Shown here piece by piece: positions 1-12,903 of a DNA stretch of 64,000 bases (position 1 is its first letter; the number at the start of each line of letters is the position of its first letter). The position numbers and the translations under genes are program-made. The DNA comes from a bacterium (GTDB lineage: Bacteria; Krumholzibacteriota; Krumholzibacteriia; LZORAL124-64-63), in the NCBI GenBank assembly GCA_031441465.1, contig JANOEP010000054.1, positions 34,967 to 98,966 of the forward strand. Reading direction: 5' to 3'. Under the pieces are notes generated by a model. It did not search any database. It was not told the origin of the DNA and saw only the letters and a program-made list of their open reading frames with translations.

Positions 1-1030
1 GGGCGAGGTAGACGGTGCCCCGGGCCATGTTCAGGCCCTGGTTGGAGCAGATGTTCGACGTCGCCTTCTCCCGCCGGATGTGCTGCTCGCGGGTCTGCAG
101 GGTCAGGACGTAGCCCTCGCGGCCGTCGTGGTCGACGGTGCGGCCGACGACGCGGCCCGGGATCAGCCGCTTCAGGTCGTCGGCGCAGGACAGGAACCCC
201 AGCAGGGGGCCGCCCCAACCGCAAGGCACGCCGAAGGGCTGCGCTTCGCCCGTCGCCACGGCGGCGCCGTACTCGGCGGGCGACTTGAGCAGCGAGAGCG
301 AGACCGGGTTGACCGAGGCCACGAGCAGCGCCCCGACTTCGCGCGCCGCCGCGGCGAGCGCGGCGACGGGCTCGATCAGGCCCAGGTGGTTGGGATTCTG
401 GATCACGACCGCGCCGACCTTGCCGTCGAGCACGGCGCGCAGCGCGACGGGATCGGTCGTCCCGGCGGGCGAAGCCGCCGCGGTGAGGATCGTCACGCCT
501 TCGCTCGCGAGGTTCGTCTCCAGGACGCGGCGGTGGCGCGGGTTCAGGGCGGCGGGCAGCACCACGGCGTCGCGGCCGGTGCGGCCGAGCGCCATGCGGA
601 TCCCCTCGACCAGCGCCGTCGAACCGTCGTACATGCTGGCGTTGGCCACCGGCAGGCCCGTCAGCCGAGTGATGAAGGTCTGCCACTCGTAGATGACCTG
701 CAGCGTGCCCTGGGAGACCTCGGGCTGGTAGGGCGTGTAGGCCGTGAGGAACTCGCTGCGCGAGACCACGGCGTCCACGGCGGCGGGGATCGCGGCGTCG
801 TAGACGCCCCCGCCCAGGAAGGAGACGAGTTCGTCCTGGCCCGCGTTCAGCGCGGCCAGGTTGCTCATCACGCGCCAGACCTCCTCCTCCGACAGCGAGG
901 ACGGCAAGTCCAGCCCCGCCGGCGGCCGCACGGCCGCGGGCAGGGTGCGGAACAGGTCGTCGACGGACTCGAGGCCGAGGACGTCCAGCATCTCGCGGAT
1001 GTCCTCTGCGGTGTGCGGCGTGTAAGGCAT
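1..1030 (-). CDS. gcvPA: Glycine dehydrogenase (decarboxylating) subunit 1, 3'-truncated by window edge
   Basis: Not in the ORF track (no stop in window); manual translation from ATG at 1030 gives MPYTPHT..EML..LG...FLGGGVY...SEFLTAYTPYQPEVSQGTLQVIYEWQ..ANASMYDG, and ATSNICSNQ near the edge; follows gcvT-gcvH. Confidence 0.95.
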   Translation of the reverse strand, partial: MPYTPHTAEDIREMLDVLGLESVDDLFRTLPAAVRPPAGLDLPSSLSEEEVWRVMSNLAALNAGQDELVSFLGGGVYDAAIPAAVDAVVSRSEFLTAYTPYQPEVSQGTLQVIYEWQTFITRLTGLPVANASMYDGSTALVEGIRMALGRTGRDAVVLPAALNPRHRRVLETNLASEGVTILTAAASPAGTTDPVALRAVLDGKVGAVVIQNPNHLGLIEPVAALAAAAREVGALLVASVNPVSLSLLKSPAEYGAAVATGEAQPFGVPCGWGGPLLGFLSCADDLKRLIPGRVVGRTVDHDGREGYVLTLQTREQHIRREKATSNICSNQGLNMARGTVYLA

Positions 1031-1037
1031 GGGCGCC

Positions 1038-1415
1038 TCAGCTTCCGATGAGGGCGTCGTAATCGTCGGCCGTGAGCAGCTCGTCGAGTTCGCTCCGGTC
1101 CTCGATGCGCACCTTGAAGAGCCAGCCCGCCTCGAGCGGGTCCTGGTTGACCGTCTCGGGAGCGTCGAGCACCGCTTCGTTCACGGCGATCACCTCGCCG
1201 CCCACCGGGCTGAACAGGTCCTCGACCGACTTGACGGTCTCGATGGTCCCGACCGCCTCGCCCTGCGCGACGACGGTGCCGACTTCGGGCAACTCGAGGA
1301 AGACGACATCGCCCAGTTCGTGGGCCGCGTACTCGGTCACGCCCACCGTGGCGCTCTCGCCCTCGGCCAGCACCCACTCGTGGTCCTTCGTGTACTTGCG
1401 GTCGCTCGTCACCAT
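1038..1415 (-). CDS. gcvH: Glycine cleavage system H protein
   Basis: YTKDHEWV, ELGDVVFLELP, lipoyl-Lys motif IETVKSVEDLFSP, VNQDP..GWLFK. Confidence 0.97.
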   Translation of the reverse strand: MVTSDRKYTKDHEWVLAEGESATVGVTEYAAHELGDVVFLELPEVGTVVAQGEAVGTIETVKSVEDLFSPVGGEVIAVNEAVLDAPETVNQDPLEAGWLFKVRIEDRSELDELLTADDYDALIGS

Positions 1416-1442
1416 GCCGTTCTCCTCCTGCCGGTTGATGCG

Positions 1443-2618
1443 TCAGCGCGCGGCGCGCGGGTCACCCTTGACCCGGGCCGCGAGGAAGGGGTACGGGACC
1501 ACGCGCACCGGATGTTTCCGGTCGCGGATCTCCACGCTCAGCCGCGCAGGGTCGCACCCCGCGTCGATCAGGGCCAGGGCCAGCGAGCGCCCCAGGGTCG
1601 GGCTCTTGGTGCCGCTGGTCACGAAGCCCGCCGGCCGGTCGTCGCAGAACACCGGCGCGCCCTGGCGCGCGATGGGCGCGGGGCGCTCGCGGCCGGCGGC
1701 GTCGGCCGCCGTCACTTCGAGTCCGGCCAACTTCCGCGGCAGGCCGCTCTCCACCTGGCGCTGCAGGGCTTCGCTGCCGACGAAGGCGCGATCCTTCAAA
1801 CGCACGGCCCAGCCGATGCCGGCCTCGAGCGGCGTCCAATCCTCGCTGAGTTCGTGGCCGTACAGGCAGTAGCCGGGCTCGAAGCGCAGCGTGTCCCGCG
1901 CCGCCAGACCGATGGGTTCGACACCCAGGTCCCCGCCCAGGGCCAGCAGTTCCTCCCACAGCGGCAGCGCGTCGGCGTTCGGCACGTACAGTTCGTAGCC
2001 GCGCTCGCCGGTGTAACCGGTCCGCGAGACGATCCAGCGCCCGCCGGGGCGGGGCAGGACGAAGGTCGTGTAGAAGTCGAGGGCGTCGAGGGCGTCGGCG
2101 CTGCCGTTCAGCGCGGCGAGGCGGCCCGTCAGCGCCGCGGCCTCGGGGCCCTGCACCGCGATCATGGCCGTGCGGTCGCTGGCGTCGTCGAGCGCCACGC
2201 CGGCGGCGCCGGCGGCGCTGCCGGCGACCCAGGCGGCGATCTTGTCGTGGTTGGACGCGTTGCAGACGATCATCCAGTCCTCGCGGCCGAGCCGGTAGAT
2301 CAGCATGTCGTCGAGCACGCCGCCGTCGGGGCGGCACATCGCCGTGTAGACGACCTTGCCGTCCGGGATGCCGGACACGCGGTTGGTGCAGAGCCCGTCG
2401 AGCCAGGCCTCGACGCCCGGCCCGCTCACAAGGATCTCGCCCATGTGCGTGATGTCGAAGAGGCCCACGCGCTCGCGCACGGCCGCGTGCTCGGCGAGCA
2501 CGCCCCGGTACTGAACGGGCATTTCGAAACCGGCGAAGGGGACCATGCGGGCGCCGTGGTCGCGGTGCCAGGCGGTCAGGGGGGTCGACCGCAGAGGGGT
2601 GTCGTCGATCCGGGTCAA
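1443..2618 (-). CDS. gcvT: Glycine cleavage system T protein (aminomethyltransferase)
   Basis: [49 protein letters not shown] start with AGGAGG RBS. Confidence 0.97.
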   Translation of the reverse strand: MTRIDDTPLRSTPLTAWHRDHGARMVPFAGFEMPVQYRGVLAEHAAVRERVGLFDITHMGEILVSGPGVEAWLDGLCTNRVSGIPDGKVVYTAMCRPDGGVLDDMLIYRLGREDWMIVCNASNHDKIAAWVAGSAAGAAGVALDDASDRTAMIAVQGPEAAALTGRLAALNGSADALDALDFYTTFVLPRPGGRWIVSRTGYTGERGYELYVPNADALPLWEELLALGGDLGVEPIGLAARDTLRFEPGYCLYGHELSEDWTPLEAGIGWAVRLKDRAFVGSEALQRQVESGLPRKLAGLEVTAADAAGRERPAPIARQGAPVFCDDRPAGFVTSGTKSPTLGRSLALALIDAGCDPARLSVEIRDRKHPVRVVPYPFLAARVKGDPRAAR

Positions 2619-2745
2619 AGCGTCCTCCTGAGCGAGAGGAACAGCGGGGTGCGGGATCGGAGTCGGCGTCGCTGGCGCCGGCCACGCCTAATCTAAACGG
2701 CCCGGGCGGGAAGTCCAGGAGCGAAACGGCGGCGTCGGCGGCGCT

Positions 2746-5571
<2,826 letters not shown>

Positions 5572-5587
5572 GGTTCTCCCGTCGCGG

Positions 5588-6313
5588 TCAGCGCGTGACC
5601 GCGGCCGGTGCCGCCGCCCCGTGCCGCATGGCGTCCCAGGCGGTGCGCTCGGCGGCGGTCAGCCCCGCGACGTCGTCGATCACCTGGGCCTCGAGGAGGT
5701 GCTGGGCCTTCAACGGGTTGTCGGCGCGGTCGCGCGGCGTCGTCACGATCGCGTCGACCGTGCCCAGGCCCGTCACGACCTTGCCGAAGGCGGTGTACTT
5801 CCGGTCGAGGTTCGCCGCGTCCGCCACGCAGATGAAGAACTGGCTGCCGGCCGAGTTGGGGTCGGACGACCGGGCCATCGACAGCACGCCCCGCGCGTGG
5901 TGGGTGGCGTTGAATTCCGCGTTCAGCTGCGCCTTCCCGCCCCCGGGCGTGTAGCCCTTGGCCTTGATCGCGGCGGGATCGCTCGTGAGCAGGGGCAGCT
6001 CCGCGGCCGTGAGCACGTCCTTCCAGAGGGGTCCCCCCTGGCCGTCGTTGGCGCGGTCGGCGTCCTTGGAGTTCGGGTCGCCGCCCTGGATCATGAACCC
6101 GGGGATCACGCGGTGGAAGGTCGTGCCGTTGTAGAAGCCGGAGCGGCACAGGTGCGCGAAGTTCGCGACGTGGTGCGGCGCCGTCTCGGGCGTCAACACC
6201 AGCAGGATCGGTCCGGCGTCCGTCTTGAGCCGGACGAAGGGCTGGGCGCTGGCGGCGGCGGCGGCGAACAGGACCAGGGCAACGGTCAGGGCGATGGCGG
6301 CGATCGGTCGCAT
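5588..6313 (-). CDS. Exported cyclophilin-type peptidyl-prolyl cis-trans isomerase
   Basis: [45 protein letters not shown]; start trimmed to [16 protein letters not shown] signal peptide. Confidence 0.9.
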   Translation of the reverse strand: MRPIAAIALTVALVLFAAAAASAQPFVRLKTDAGPILLVLTPETAPHHVANFAHLCRSGFYNGTTFHRVIPGFMIQGGDPNSKDADRANDGQGGPLWKDVLTAAELPLLTSDPAAIKAKGYTPGGGKAQLNAEFNATHHARGVLSMARSSDPNSAGSQFFICVADAANLDRKYTAFGKVVTGLGTVDAIVTTPRDRADNPLKAQHLLEAQVIDDVAGLTAAERTAWDAMRHGAAAPAAVTR

Positions 6314-6493
6314 CGGTCTTCCTTTCCTGCGGGTGACGGGAGACGGTCGGTCATCGTGACAGCCCTCATGCATAGCACGCCGGGCGTCCCGGGGCAACGG
6401 TGCGGCGGCGGCCGCCCGTCGGACGGCCCCGCCGGCGCGCGGAGAGCCGCCCCGTCGGGGCGGCTCTCCGTTCCGCGGCGGCGTCGCGGCGCG

Positions 6494-7138
6494 CTACTGG
6501 TTGCGCGACCAGAGGCGTTCGGGCTTGTGCAGGGTCAGGCGGACGGCGTTGTTGTGGGCGCGGCCCTCCGACGTCGCCTCGTCGCCGACGGGGCGGAAGG
6601 GACCGTAGCTCACCACGGCGAAGCGCTTGGCGTCCATGTTGAGCACGTTGGTCATGTAGCGGACCACCGCGGCGGCGCGGGCCGCACTCAGCTCCCAGCC
6701 CGTGGGCCAGATCTCGCGGTAGTCGCCGGGCACGCCGTTGTCGTCGATGTTGCCCTCGACGTGGATGTCCCACTCGGGGTACTGGTCGCAGACCGACTGG
6801 ACGGCCTCCAGCAGGGGCTTCTGCTTGTCGGTGATGCCCAGGTTCACGCCCGAGAACACCAGCTCCTCGGTCAGGGCGACGGTGACGACTTCGCCGTTCT
6901 GCTCGACCAGGACAGCCTTCTCGGCTTCGAGCTGGGCGAGCTGCTCGCGCAGGCCCGCGGTCAGTTGCCGGCCCTCGGCGATGGTCGCCTCGCGCGCGGC
7001 GATCTCGGTCTGCAGGGACAGGATGCTGCCGTCGCGGTCCGCGACGAGCTGCTTGTAGTCGCTGCAGGGAGCGCAGCCGATCAGCGCGGCGCAGGCCGCG
7101 GCCGTCAGCAGCAGGGCGATCCGCATCGTGGTCCGCAT
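6494..7138 (-). CDS. OmpA/MotB-family lipoprotein with coiled-coil segment
   Basis: Lipobox-like ALIGC, heptad segment, MotB-like [14 protein letters not shown] and SYGPFRP. Confidence 0.75.
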   Translation of the reverse strand: MRTTMRIALLLTAAACAALIGCAPCSDYKQLVADRDGSILSLQTEIAAREATIAEGRQLTAGLREQLAQLEAEKAVLVEQNGEVVTVALTEELVFSGVNLGITDKQKPLLEAVQSVCDQYPEWDIHVEGNIDDNGVPGDYREIWPTGWELSAARAAAVVRYMTNVLNMDAKRFAVVSYGPFRPVGDEATSEGRAHNNAVRLTLHKPERLWSRNQ

Positions 7139-7299
7139 GACTTTTCTCTCCTTCGCCGCGGCGCGGTCAGGTCGGGCCGCCCGCGCGGCCGTCGCCGCTG
7201 GGTGAAGTCACCGTCCGCTCGACGGACGCAACTGTCGACAATCTAATGTGGGGATCCCGTCAGGGGAAGCAGATTTTCGCCGACGCCCGGTCCGGTTGA

Positions 7300-8592
7300 T
7301 CAGGCCGCCGACGGCCCGTGCACGGCCGTCAGCAGCCGGTCGGGGTCGAAATAGGTCCGGGCGCAACGCATGATGTCCTCGCGGCCCACCGCGTCGATCT
7401 CGCCCACCAGTTCGCTCGTCGGGATGAAGCGGTCGAAGAAGATCTCGTCCTTGGCGGCGCGGCCCATCTGGTTGGAGACCCCTTCCAGGGAGAAGATCAG
7501 CTGCGACTTGATCTGGGCCAGGGTGTCCGCGAGTTCCTCCTCCCCGACCCCGTCGCGCAGGAAGGCGCGGTACTCGCCGCGGACGACCGCCTCGAGCCGG
7601 GACAGCTTCGCCGGCGAACAGGAGCCCGAGCAGCTCACGAGGCCCACGTCGCGCCCCATGTCGGTGTAGGTGAAGACCGAGTAGGCCAGGCCCTCGCGCT
7701 CGCGCACCGCCTGGAAGACGCGGCTGGAGAGGCCGCCGCCCAGGATGTTGCTGAGCATCGCCAGCGGGACGCGGTCGGGATGGAGGTAGGAGACCGCCTG
7801 GTTGCCGATCTCGAAGTAGCACTGCTGGACGGGGCTGTCGATGACCAGACGGTCGCCGCGGACCTCGGCGCCGTCGAACAGGATGCCGGTCTCGTCGGCG
7901 GAGACCGCGGCCGGGGCGCGTTCCCGCGGCGGCGTCGCACCGGCCTCGGCGAAACAGGCGCACAGCGTGTCGGTCATCGCGGGCAGGATGTTGCCGGCGA
8001 CGGCCACGACGAGGTTCGAGCCGGCGAACAGGTCGGCGTGCTCGCGCCGCAGGAGGTCCGCGTGCAACCCCCGCACCGACGCCGGCGTGCCCAGGATGGG
8101 CCGCCCGCGGGGATGGTCGCCGTACAGGCGGGCGGTGAAGGCGTCGTGCAGCAGGTCCTCGGGCGTGTCCAGGACCTCCTGGATCTCCTCGACGACGACG
8201 TCCTGCTCCAGGACCACCAGCGAGGGATCGAAGGCCGGGCGCAGGATCATGTCGGAGAGGGCTTCGGCGGTCGTCGCGAAGTATTCGGGCAGGACCTTCG
8301 CCGTGAAGGCCACGTGGTCCTTGGTCGTGAAGGCGTCGACGGAAGCGCCGACGCTGTCGAAGAGGCGGGCGATGTCGAAGGCGCTGCGCCGCCGCGAGCC
8401 CTTGAACACCATGTGCTCGAGGAAGTGGGCCAGGCCGCCCAGCCCCGCCGGCTCGTCCTGCGAGCCGCGGCGCAGCCACACTCCCAGGGAGACCGAGTGC
8501 GCGGACGCGACCGGGACGGTCAAGACGACCGTCCCGTTCGCGAGCGTCACCCGCTGAGGCGGGGTTTCGTTCTGGTAGGGACCGATGTTCAT
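7300..8592 (-). CDS. M16 family zinc peptidase
   Basis: HFLEH inverted zincin motif, NILGGGLSSRVFQAVREREGLAYSV; typical position downstream of pnp. Confidence 0.93.
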   Translation of the reverse strand: MNIGPYQNETPPQRVTLANGTVVLTVPVASAHSVSLGVWLRRGSQDEPAGLGGLAHFLEHMVFKGSRRRSAFDIARLFDSVGASVDAFTTKDHVAFTAKVLPEYFATTAEALSDMILRPAFDPSLVVLEQDVVVEEIQEVLDTPEDLLHDAFTARLYGDHPRGRPILGTPASVRGLHADLLRREHADLFAGSNLVVAVAGNILPAMTDTLCACFAEAGATPPRERAPAAVSADETGILFDGAEVRGDRLVIDSPVQQCYFEIGNQAVSYLHPDRVPLAMLSNILGGGLSSRVFQAVREREGLAYSVFTYTDMGRDVGLVSCSGSCSPAKLSRLEAVVRGEYRAFLRDGVGEEELADTLAQIKSQLIFSLEGVSNQMGRAAKDEIFFDRFIPTSELVGEIDAVGREDIMRCARTYFDPDRLLTAVHGPSAA

Positions 8593-8610
8593 GCGTCGGT
8601 ACCCGGTCGC

Positions 8611-10809
8611 CTAGCGGCGCCGCGGTCCGCGGTCGCGGCCGCCGCTGCCGCCCCCGCGCCCGCCCCGGTCGCCGCCGTCGCGGCGCGGTCCGCGGTCGCT
8701 CGACTGGTTGGGGTCGACGCCCTCGGGCACCGGCAGCAGCGCCTTGCGGCTGAGCCGGACCTTGCCCGAACGCGAATCGACCTCGACCAGCTTGACCTGG
8801 ATCATCTCGTTGATCTGCAGGACGTCCTCGACGTTGCCGACGCGGAAATGTTCGATCTCCGAGATGTGGAGCAGGCCCTCCTTGCCGGGCAGGTACTCGA
8901 CGAAGGCGCCGAAGTCCACGATCGAGACCACGCGTCCCGTGTAGACGGCGCCGACCTCGGGCTCGGTCATCATCATGCGGATGCGCTCGACGCACTCGTT
9001 GCCCTTCGCCTGGTCGGGCGCCGAGACGAAGACCAGACCGTCGTCGTTGATGTCGATGTTGGTCTCGGTCTCCTCCTGCAGCTTCTTGATCACCTTGCCG
9101 CCCGGGCCGATGAGTTCGCCGATGCGCTTGGGCGGGATCTGGATGGTGACGATCTTCGGGGCGTACTGGCACAGCTCCTTGGCCGGCTCGGCGATGGCCT
9201 CGTGCATGAGGCCCAGGATGTGCTGGCGCGCATTGCGGGCGTCGGTCAGGGCCTGCAGCATGATCGCGCGGCTGATGCCGCCGATCTTGGTGTCCATCTG
9301 GAAGGCCGTGATGCCGTCGCGGGTGCCGGTGACCTTGAAGTCCATGTCGCCGAGGTGGTCCTCGACGCCCAGGATGTCGGTCAGCACGGCGACCTTCTCG
9401 CCCTCCTTGATCAGGCCCATGGCCACGCCGGCCACCGCCTTCTTCAGGGGCACGCCCGCCTGCATCAGCGCGAGGCTGGCGGAGCAGACCGTGGCCATCG
9501 AGCTCGAGCCGTTCGACTCCAGGATGTCCGACACGATGCGGATCGTGTAGGGGAACTCCTCACGCGTCGGCAGCAACGGGCGCAGGGCGCGCTCGGCCAG
9601 CTTGCCGTGGCCGATCTCGCGGCGGCCGGTGCCGCTGTAGCGGCCGGTCTCGCCCACGCTGAACGGCGGGAAGTTGTAGTGGAGGTAGTAGGGGCTCCAC
9701 CACTCGCCCTCGAGGGCGTCGATCTTCTGCTCGTCCGACTTGGTGCCCAGGGTCACGGTGCCCAGCGCCTGGGTTTCGCCGCGGGTGAACAGGGCCGAGC
9801 CGTGGACGCGGGGCAGCAGGCCCAGCTCGATGTCGATCGGGCGCACCGTGGTGAGGTCGCGGCCGTCGGCGCGCACGCCCTCGTCCACGACCATGGCCCG
9901 CATCGCCTTCTTCTCGAGCTTGGCCAAGGCCGCCAGGGAGTCGGCGTCGGGCTTGCCCGCCGCGTCGACGAAGGTCGTCTTGACCTTCTCGTGCAGGGCC
10001 GCCACGGCGTCCTGGCGCGTGTGCTTGGCCTTGATGCGGATGGCGGCGTCGAGGTCCGACGCCACGGCGGCGCGGACGGCCTCGACCTTCGCGGGGTCGA
10101 GCTGGCGGATCGCCACCGCGAACTTCGCGCGCGAGCCGGCCTTGGCGACCAGGTCGCGCTGCAGGGCGTTGAGCTGGCGGATCCAGCCGTGGGCGAAGTC
10201 GATGGCGTCGAGCAGGCGGTCCTCGGAGACTTCGCTGCAGGAGCCCTCGATCATGCAGACGATGTCGTCGGTGCCGGCCACGACCAGGTCCATGCTCGAT
10301 TCCTCGAGCTGGGCGAAGGTCGGGTTGGGCACGAACTCGCCGGCGATCTCGGCTACGCGCAGGCCCGAGACGTACTCGCCGAACGGCACGTCCGACAGGT
10401 TCAGGGCAAGGGAGGCGCCCGTGATGCTCAAGACGTCGGCGTGGAAGTCGGTGTCCGAACTGATCACGAAGGCCACGACGTCGGTCGCGTGGCGGTAGCC
10501 GTCGGGGAACATCGGTCGCAGCGGACGGTCGATGAGGCGCGCGGACAGGGTCTCGCGCTCGCTCGGCCGGGCCTCGCGCTTGAAGAATCCGCCCGGGATC
10601 TTGCCCGCGGCGTAAGTCTTGTTGCGGTACTCGACGAACAGCGGGAGGAAGTCGCGGTCGCTGATGTTCTTGTCCGCCGTGGCCGTCACCAGGACCCGGG
10701 TGTCGCCCAGGCCCACGACGCAGGCGCCGCCCGCCTGTCGTGCCATCTTGCCGGTCTCGAGCGAGTACTCGGCGCCGTTCATCTGCAATGCCGTCTTGTG
10801 TCCGTTCAT
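8611..10809 (-). CDS. pnp: Polyribonucleotide nucleotidyltransferase
   Basis: KIPGGFFKRE, RLIDRPLRP, HGSALFTRGETQ, ESNGSSSMA, DHLGDMDFKV, KH and S1 domains. Confidence 0.98.
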   Translation of the reverse strand: MNGHKTALQMNGAEYSLETGKMARQAGGACVVGLGDTRVLVTATADKNISDRDFLPLFVEYRNKTYAAGKIPGGFFKREARPSERETLSARLIDRPLRPMFPDGYRHATDVVAFVISSDTDFHADVLSITGASLALNLSDVPFGEYVSGLRVAEIAGEFVPNPTFAQLEESSMDLVVAGTDDIVCMIEGSCSEVSEDRLLDAIDFAHGWIRQLNALQRDLVAKAGSRAKFAVAIRQLDPAKVEAVRAAVASDLDAAIRIKAKHTRQDAVAALHEKVKTTFVDAAGKPDADSLAALAKLEKKAMRAMVVDEGVRADGRDLTTVRPIDIELGLLPRVHGSALFTRGETQALGTVTLGTKSDEQKIDALEGEWWSPYYLHYNFPPFSVGETGRYSGTGRREIGHGKLAERALRPLLPTREEFPYTIRIVSDILESNGSSSMATVCSASLALMQAGVPLKKAVAGVAMGLIKEGEKVAVLTDILGVEDHLGDMDFKVTGTRDGITAFQMDTKIGGISRAIMLQALTDARNARQHILGLMHEAIAEPAKELCQYAPKIVTIQIPPKRIGELIGPGGKVIKKLQEETETNIDINDDGLVFVSAPDQAKGNECVERIRMMMTEPEVGAVYTGRVVSIVDFGAFVEYLPGKEGLLHISEIEHFRVGNVEDVLQINEMIQVKLVEVDSRSGKVRLSRKALLPVPEGVDPNQSSDRGPRRDGGDRGGRGGGSGGRDRGPRRR

Positions 10810-11004
10810 GTTTCTACTTTTCCTTCCTTACAGCTTTTGCGCGTCATGCGCTGGCGTCCGCCAATGCGGACGGCCGCGGACGTGCGGCCACGCCGCGGCT
10901 TTGCTCCCGGGATGTGTGCGACGCGCACCGATCCCGCCGGGACCCGCCTGATTTATTGGAGAATGCGGTGTCCTGTCCGAATCCATGGGGCGGCACCGCG
11001 GCTC

Positions 11005-11274
11005 TCAGCCGCGGATACCCAGCTCCTTGATCAGGGAGCGATAGCTCTCCAGGTTCTTCCGCTTCAGGTAGTTCAGCAGCCGCTTGCGCTGCCCGACCAT
11101 CTTCAACAGCCCACGCCGGGAATGGAAGTCCTTCTTGTGGGTCTTGAAGTGTTCGGTGAGGTGGTTGATGCGCGCGGTCAGCAACGCGATCTGCACCTCG
11201 GGCGAGCCGGAATCCGACTCGTGCTTCCTGAACTGCGAGATGACCTGGTCTTTCTGATCCTTGTTCATTGCCAT
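11005..11274 (-). CDS. rpsO: 30S ribosomal protein S15
   Basis: [45 protein letters not shown]. Confidence 0.99.
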   Translation of the reverse strand: MAMNKDQKDQVISQFRKHESDSGSPEVQIALLTARINHLTEHFKTHKKDFHSRRGLLKMVGQRKRLLNYLKRKNLESYRSLIKELGIRG

Positions 11275-11449
11275 CGTCAGAACCTCCTTAGCTCATGACG
11301 TCACGATGGCCGCAGGCTGGCGCCCGTCCGCAGGGGTCTTGTCAGGTTCCCCGTGGCCGAGCCTGGTCGCCGCTGGGCGTGCCAACCCGCTTACTGGCGC
11401 TGGGCACTACAAAAACGCGAGGCTGAACCCCGCGACCCGGCGCCCGCAG

Positions 11450-11478
11450 AATATAGCCGAGGCCACAACCGGGGGCAA
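11450..11478 (-). promoter_or_regulatory. Putative sigma70 promoter of rpsO
   Basis: TTGCCC-N17-TATATT on minus strand. Confidence 0.65.
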
Positions 11479-11621
11479 GCGGGATTCCGCCGTGCCATCG
11501 GCCGCGGACGAACGGACTTGAGCGGGGGCCCGGCGCCGCGGAGAAACCGCCGGCACTTGGGCCCCCATCCTGTTGGATTTTCGTCGCTTGTGATTGTCGG
11601 CGGCGGCCCCTGCCCCAACGC

Positions 11622-12245
11622 TCAGGCCTCACGAGCAGTCGGTAGGATCCCCCGCCGCTCCAGCTCACGCAGGATCTGGCCGATGCACTCGGGCCCGTCG
11701 TGCTCGTCCGTCTGGACGACCAGTTCCGGCGTCAGCGGCTCCTCGTAGGGGGCGCTGATGCCGGTGAACTCGGCGATCTCACCCGCGCGCGCCTTCTTGT
11801 AGAGGCCCTTGGTGTCGCGGCGCTCGCATTCCTCCAGGGAGCAGCGGCAGTAGATCTCCAGGAAGTCGCCGTCCTCGACCAGCTCGCGGTTGGCGTCACG
11901 GTCGGTGCGGTAGGGCGAGATGAAGGCGGTCAGCACGATCACCCCGGCGTCGAGCATCAGCTTGGACACTTCGCCGATGCGCCGGATGTTCTCGGTGCGG
12001 TCGGCGGGGCTGAAGCCCAGGTCGCGGTTCAGGCCGAAGCGGATGTTGTCGCCGTCCAGGACATAGGTCTGGCAGCCGCGCTCGAAGAGCGCCTGCTCGA
12101 GGCCGCGGGCCAGCGTCGACTTGCCGGCGCCGGACAGGCCCGTGAACCAGAGGATGGCCCCGCGATGGCCGTTGCGGCGGGTGCGGTCGGCGCGTTTGAT
12201 GTCCGAGTGCGACCAGGTGATGTTGCGGCTCTTCGGTGTGGTCAT
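11622..12245 (-). CDS. cysC: Adenylyl-sulfate kinase
   Basis: WFTGLSGAGKSTLA, LDGDNIRFGL, ENIRRIGEV, FTGISAPYEEP. Confidence 0.97.
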   Translation of the reverse strand: MTTPKSRNITWSHSDIKRADRTRRNGHRGAILWFTGLSGAGKSTLARGLEQALFERGCQTYVLDGDNIRFGLNRDLGFSPADRTENIRRIGEVSKLMLDAGVIVLTAFISPYRTDRDANRELVEDGDFLEIYCRCSLEECERRDTKGLYKKARAGEIAEFTGISAPYEEPLTPELVVQTDEHDGPECIGQILRELERRGILPTAREA

Positions 12246-12357
12246 GTCAGCTCCCGCCGCACGCTCGGCGCGGTCTTGAAGTGGTGGGTGCGGGTGAAGA
12301 ACGCTCCTGCCGCCCGGACCGGCAAGTGAAAAAACGATGAACCCGGGGTCCTCGGGC

Positions 12358-12903
12358 TCAGTCGAACAGCGGGGCCTCCCGCAGCGGGACCGCGCCGCGG
12401 TCCTTCTCCGACAGCACCGCCGCGGCCGGCAGCGGCCAGGCGATCCCCAGCTCCGGGTCGTCCCACCGGATGCAGCGCTCGGCTTCCTTGTCGTAGTAGT
12501 CCGTGGTCTTGTAGAGCACGTCCGCCTCGTCGCTCAGGGTCAGGAAGGCGTGGGCGAACCCCGGCGGGATCCAGAGCTGGTGGTGGTTCTCGTCCGAGAG
12601 CACCGCCGCGGTCCACTTCCCGCAGGTGGGCGAGCCGCGCCGCAGGTCCACGGCCACGTCGAAGATCTCGCCGCGCACCGCCTGCACGAGCTTGCCCTGG
12701 ACGTGCCGCACCTGATAGTGCAGGCCCCGCACGACGCCCCGACGCGAGCGGGAGTGGTTGTCCTGCACGAAATCCGGCAGGAAACCGACGGCTTCGCGCC
12801 AGGTCCGGGCGTTGAAGCTCTCCAGGAAGAAGCCCCGCGCATCCGGGAAGACCCGCGGCTCCAGCCGCAGCACGTCGGGCAGATCCGTCTTCTTGACGAT
12901 CAT
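12358..12903 (-). CDS. rfbC: dTDP-4-dehydrorhamnose 3,5-epimerase
   Basis: DARGFFLESFN, FVQDNHSRS, RGLHYQ, GFAHAFLTLS. Confidence 0.96.
   Translation of the reverse strand: MIVKKTDLPDVLRLEPRVFPDARGFFLESFNARTWREAVGFLPDFVQDNHSRSRRGVVRGLHYQVRHVQGKLVQAVRGEIFDVAVDLRRGSPTCGKWTAAVLSDENHHQLWIPPGFAHAFLTLSDEADVLYKTTDYYDKEAERCIRWDDPELGIAWPLPAAAVLSEKDRGAVPLREAPLFD

Noticed and set aside
2619..2745. Possible glycine riboswitch upstream of gcvT
   Set aside because: Spacer is short and lacks the GGAGA and CCGAAG aptamer elements; CTCAGG is part of the RBS
10880..10915. GGGAGCAAAGCC resembling the c-di-GMP-I riboswitch core in the pnp leader
   Set aside because: No GGCAAACC or GAAA-tetraloop P2 stem; partial match only
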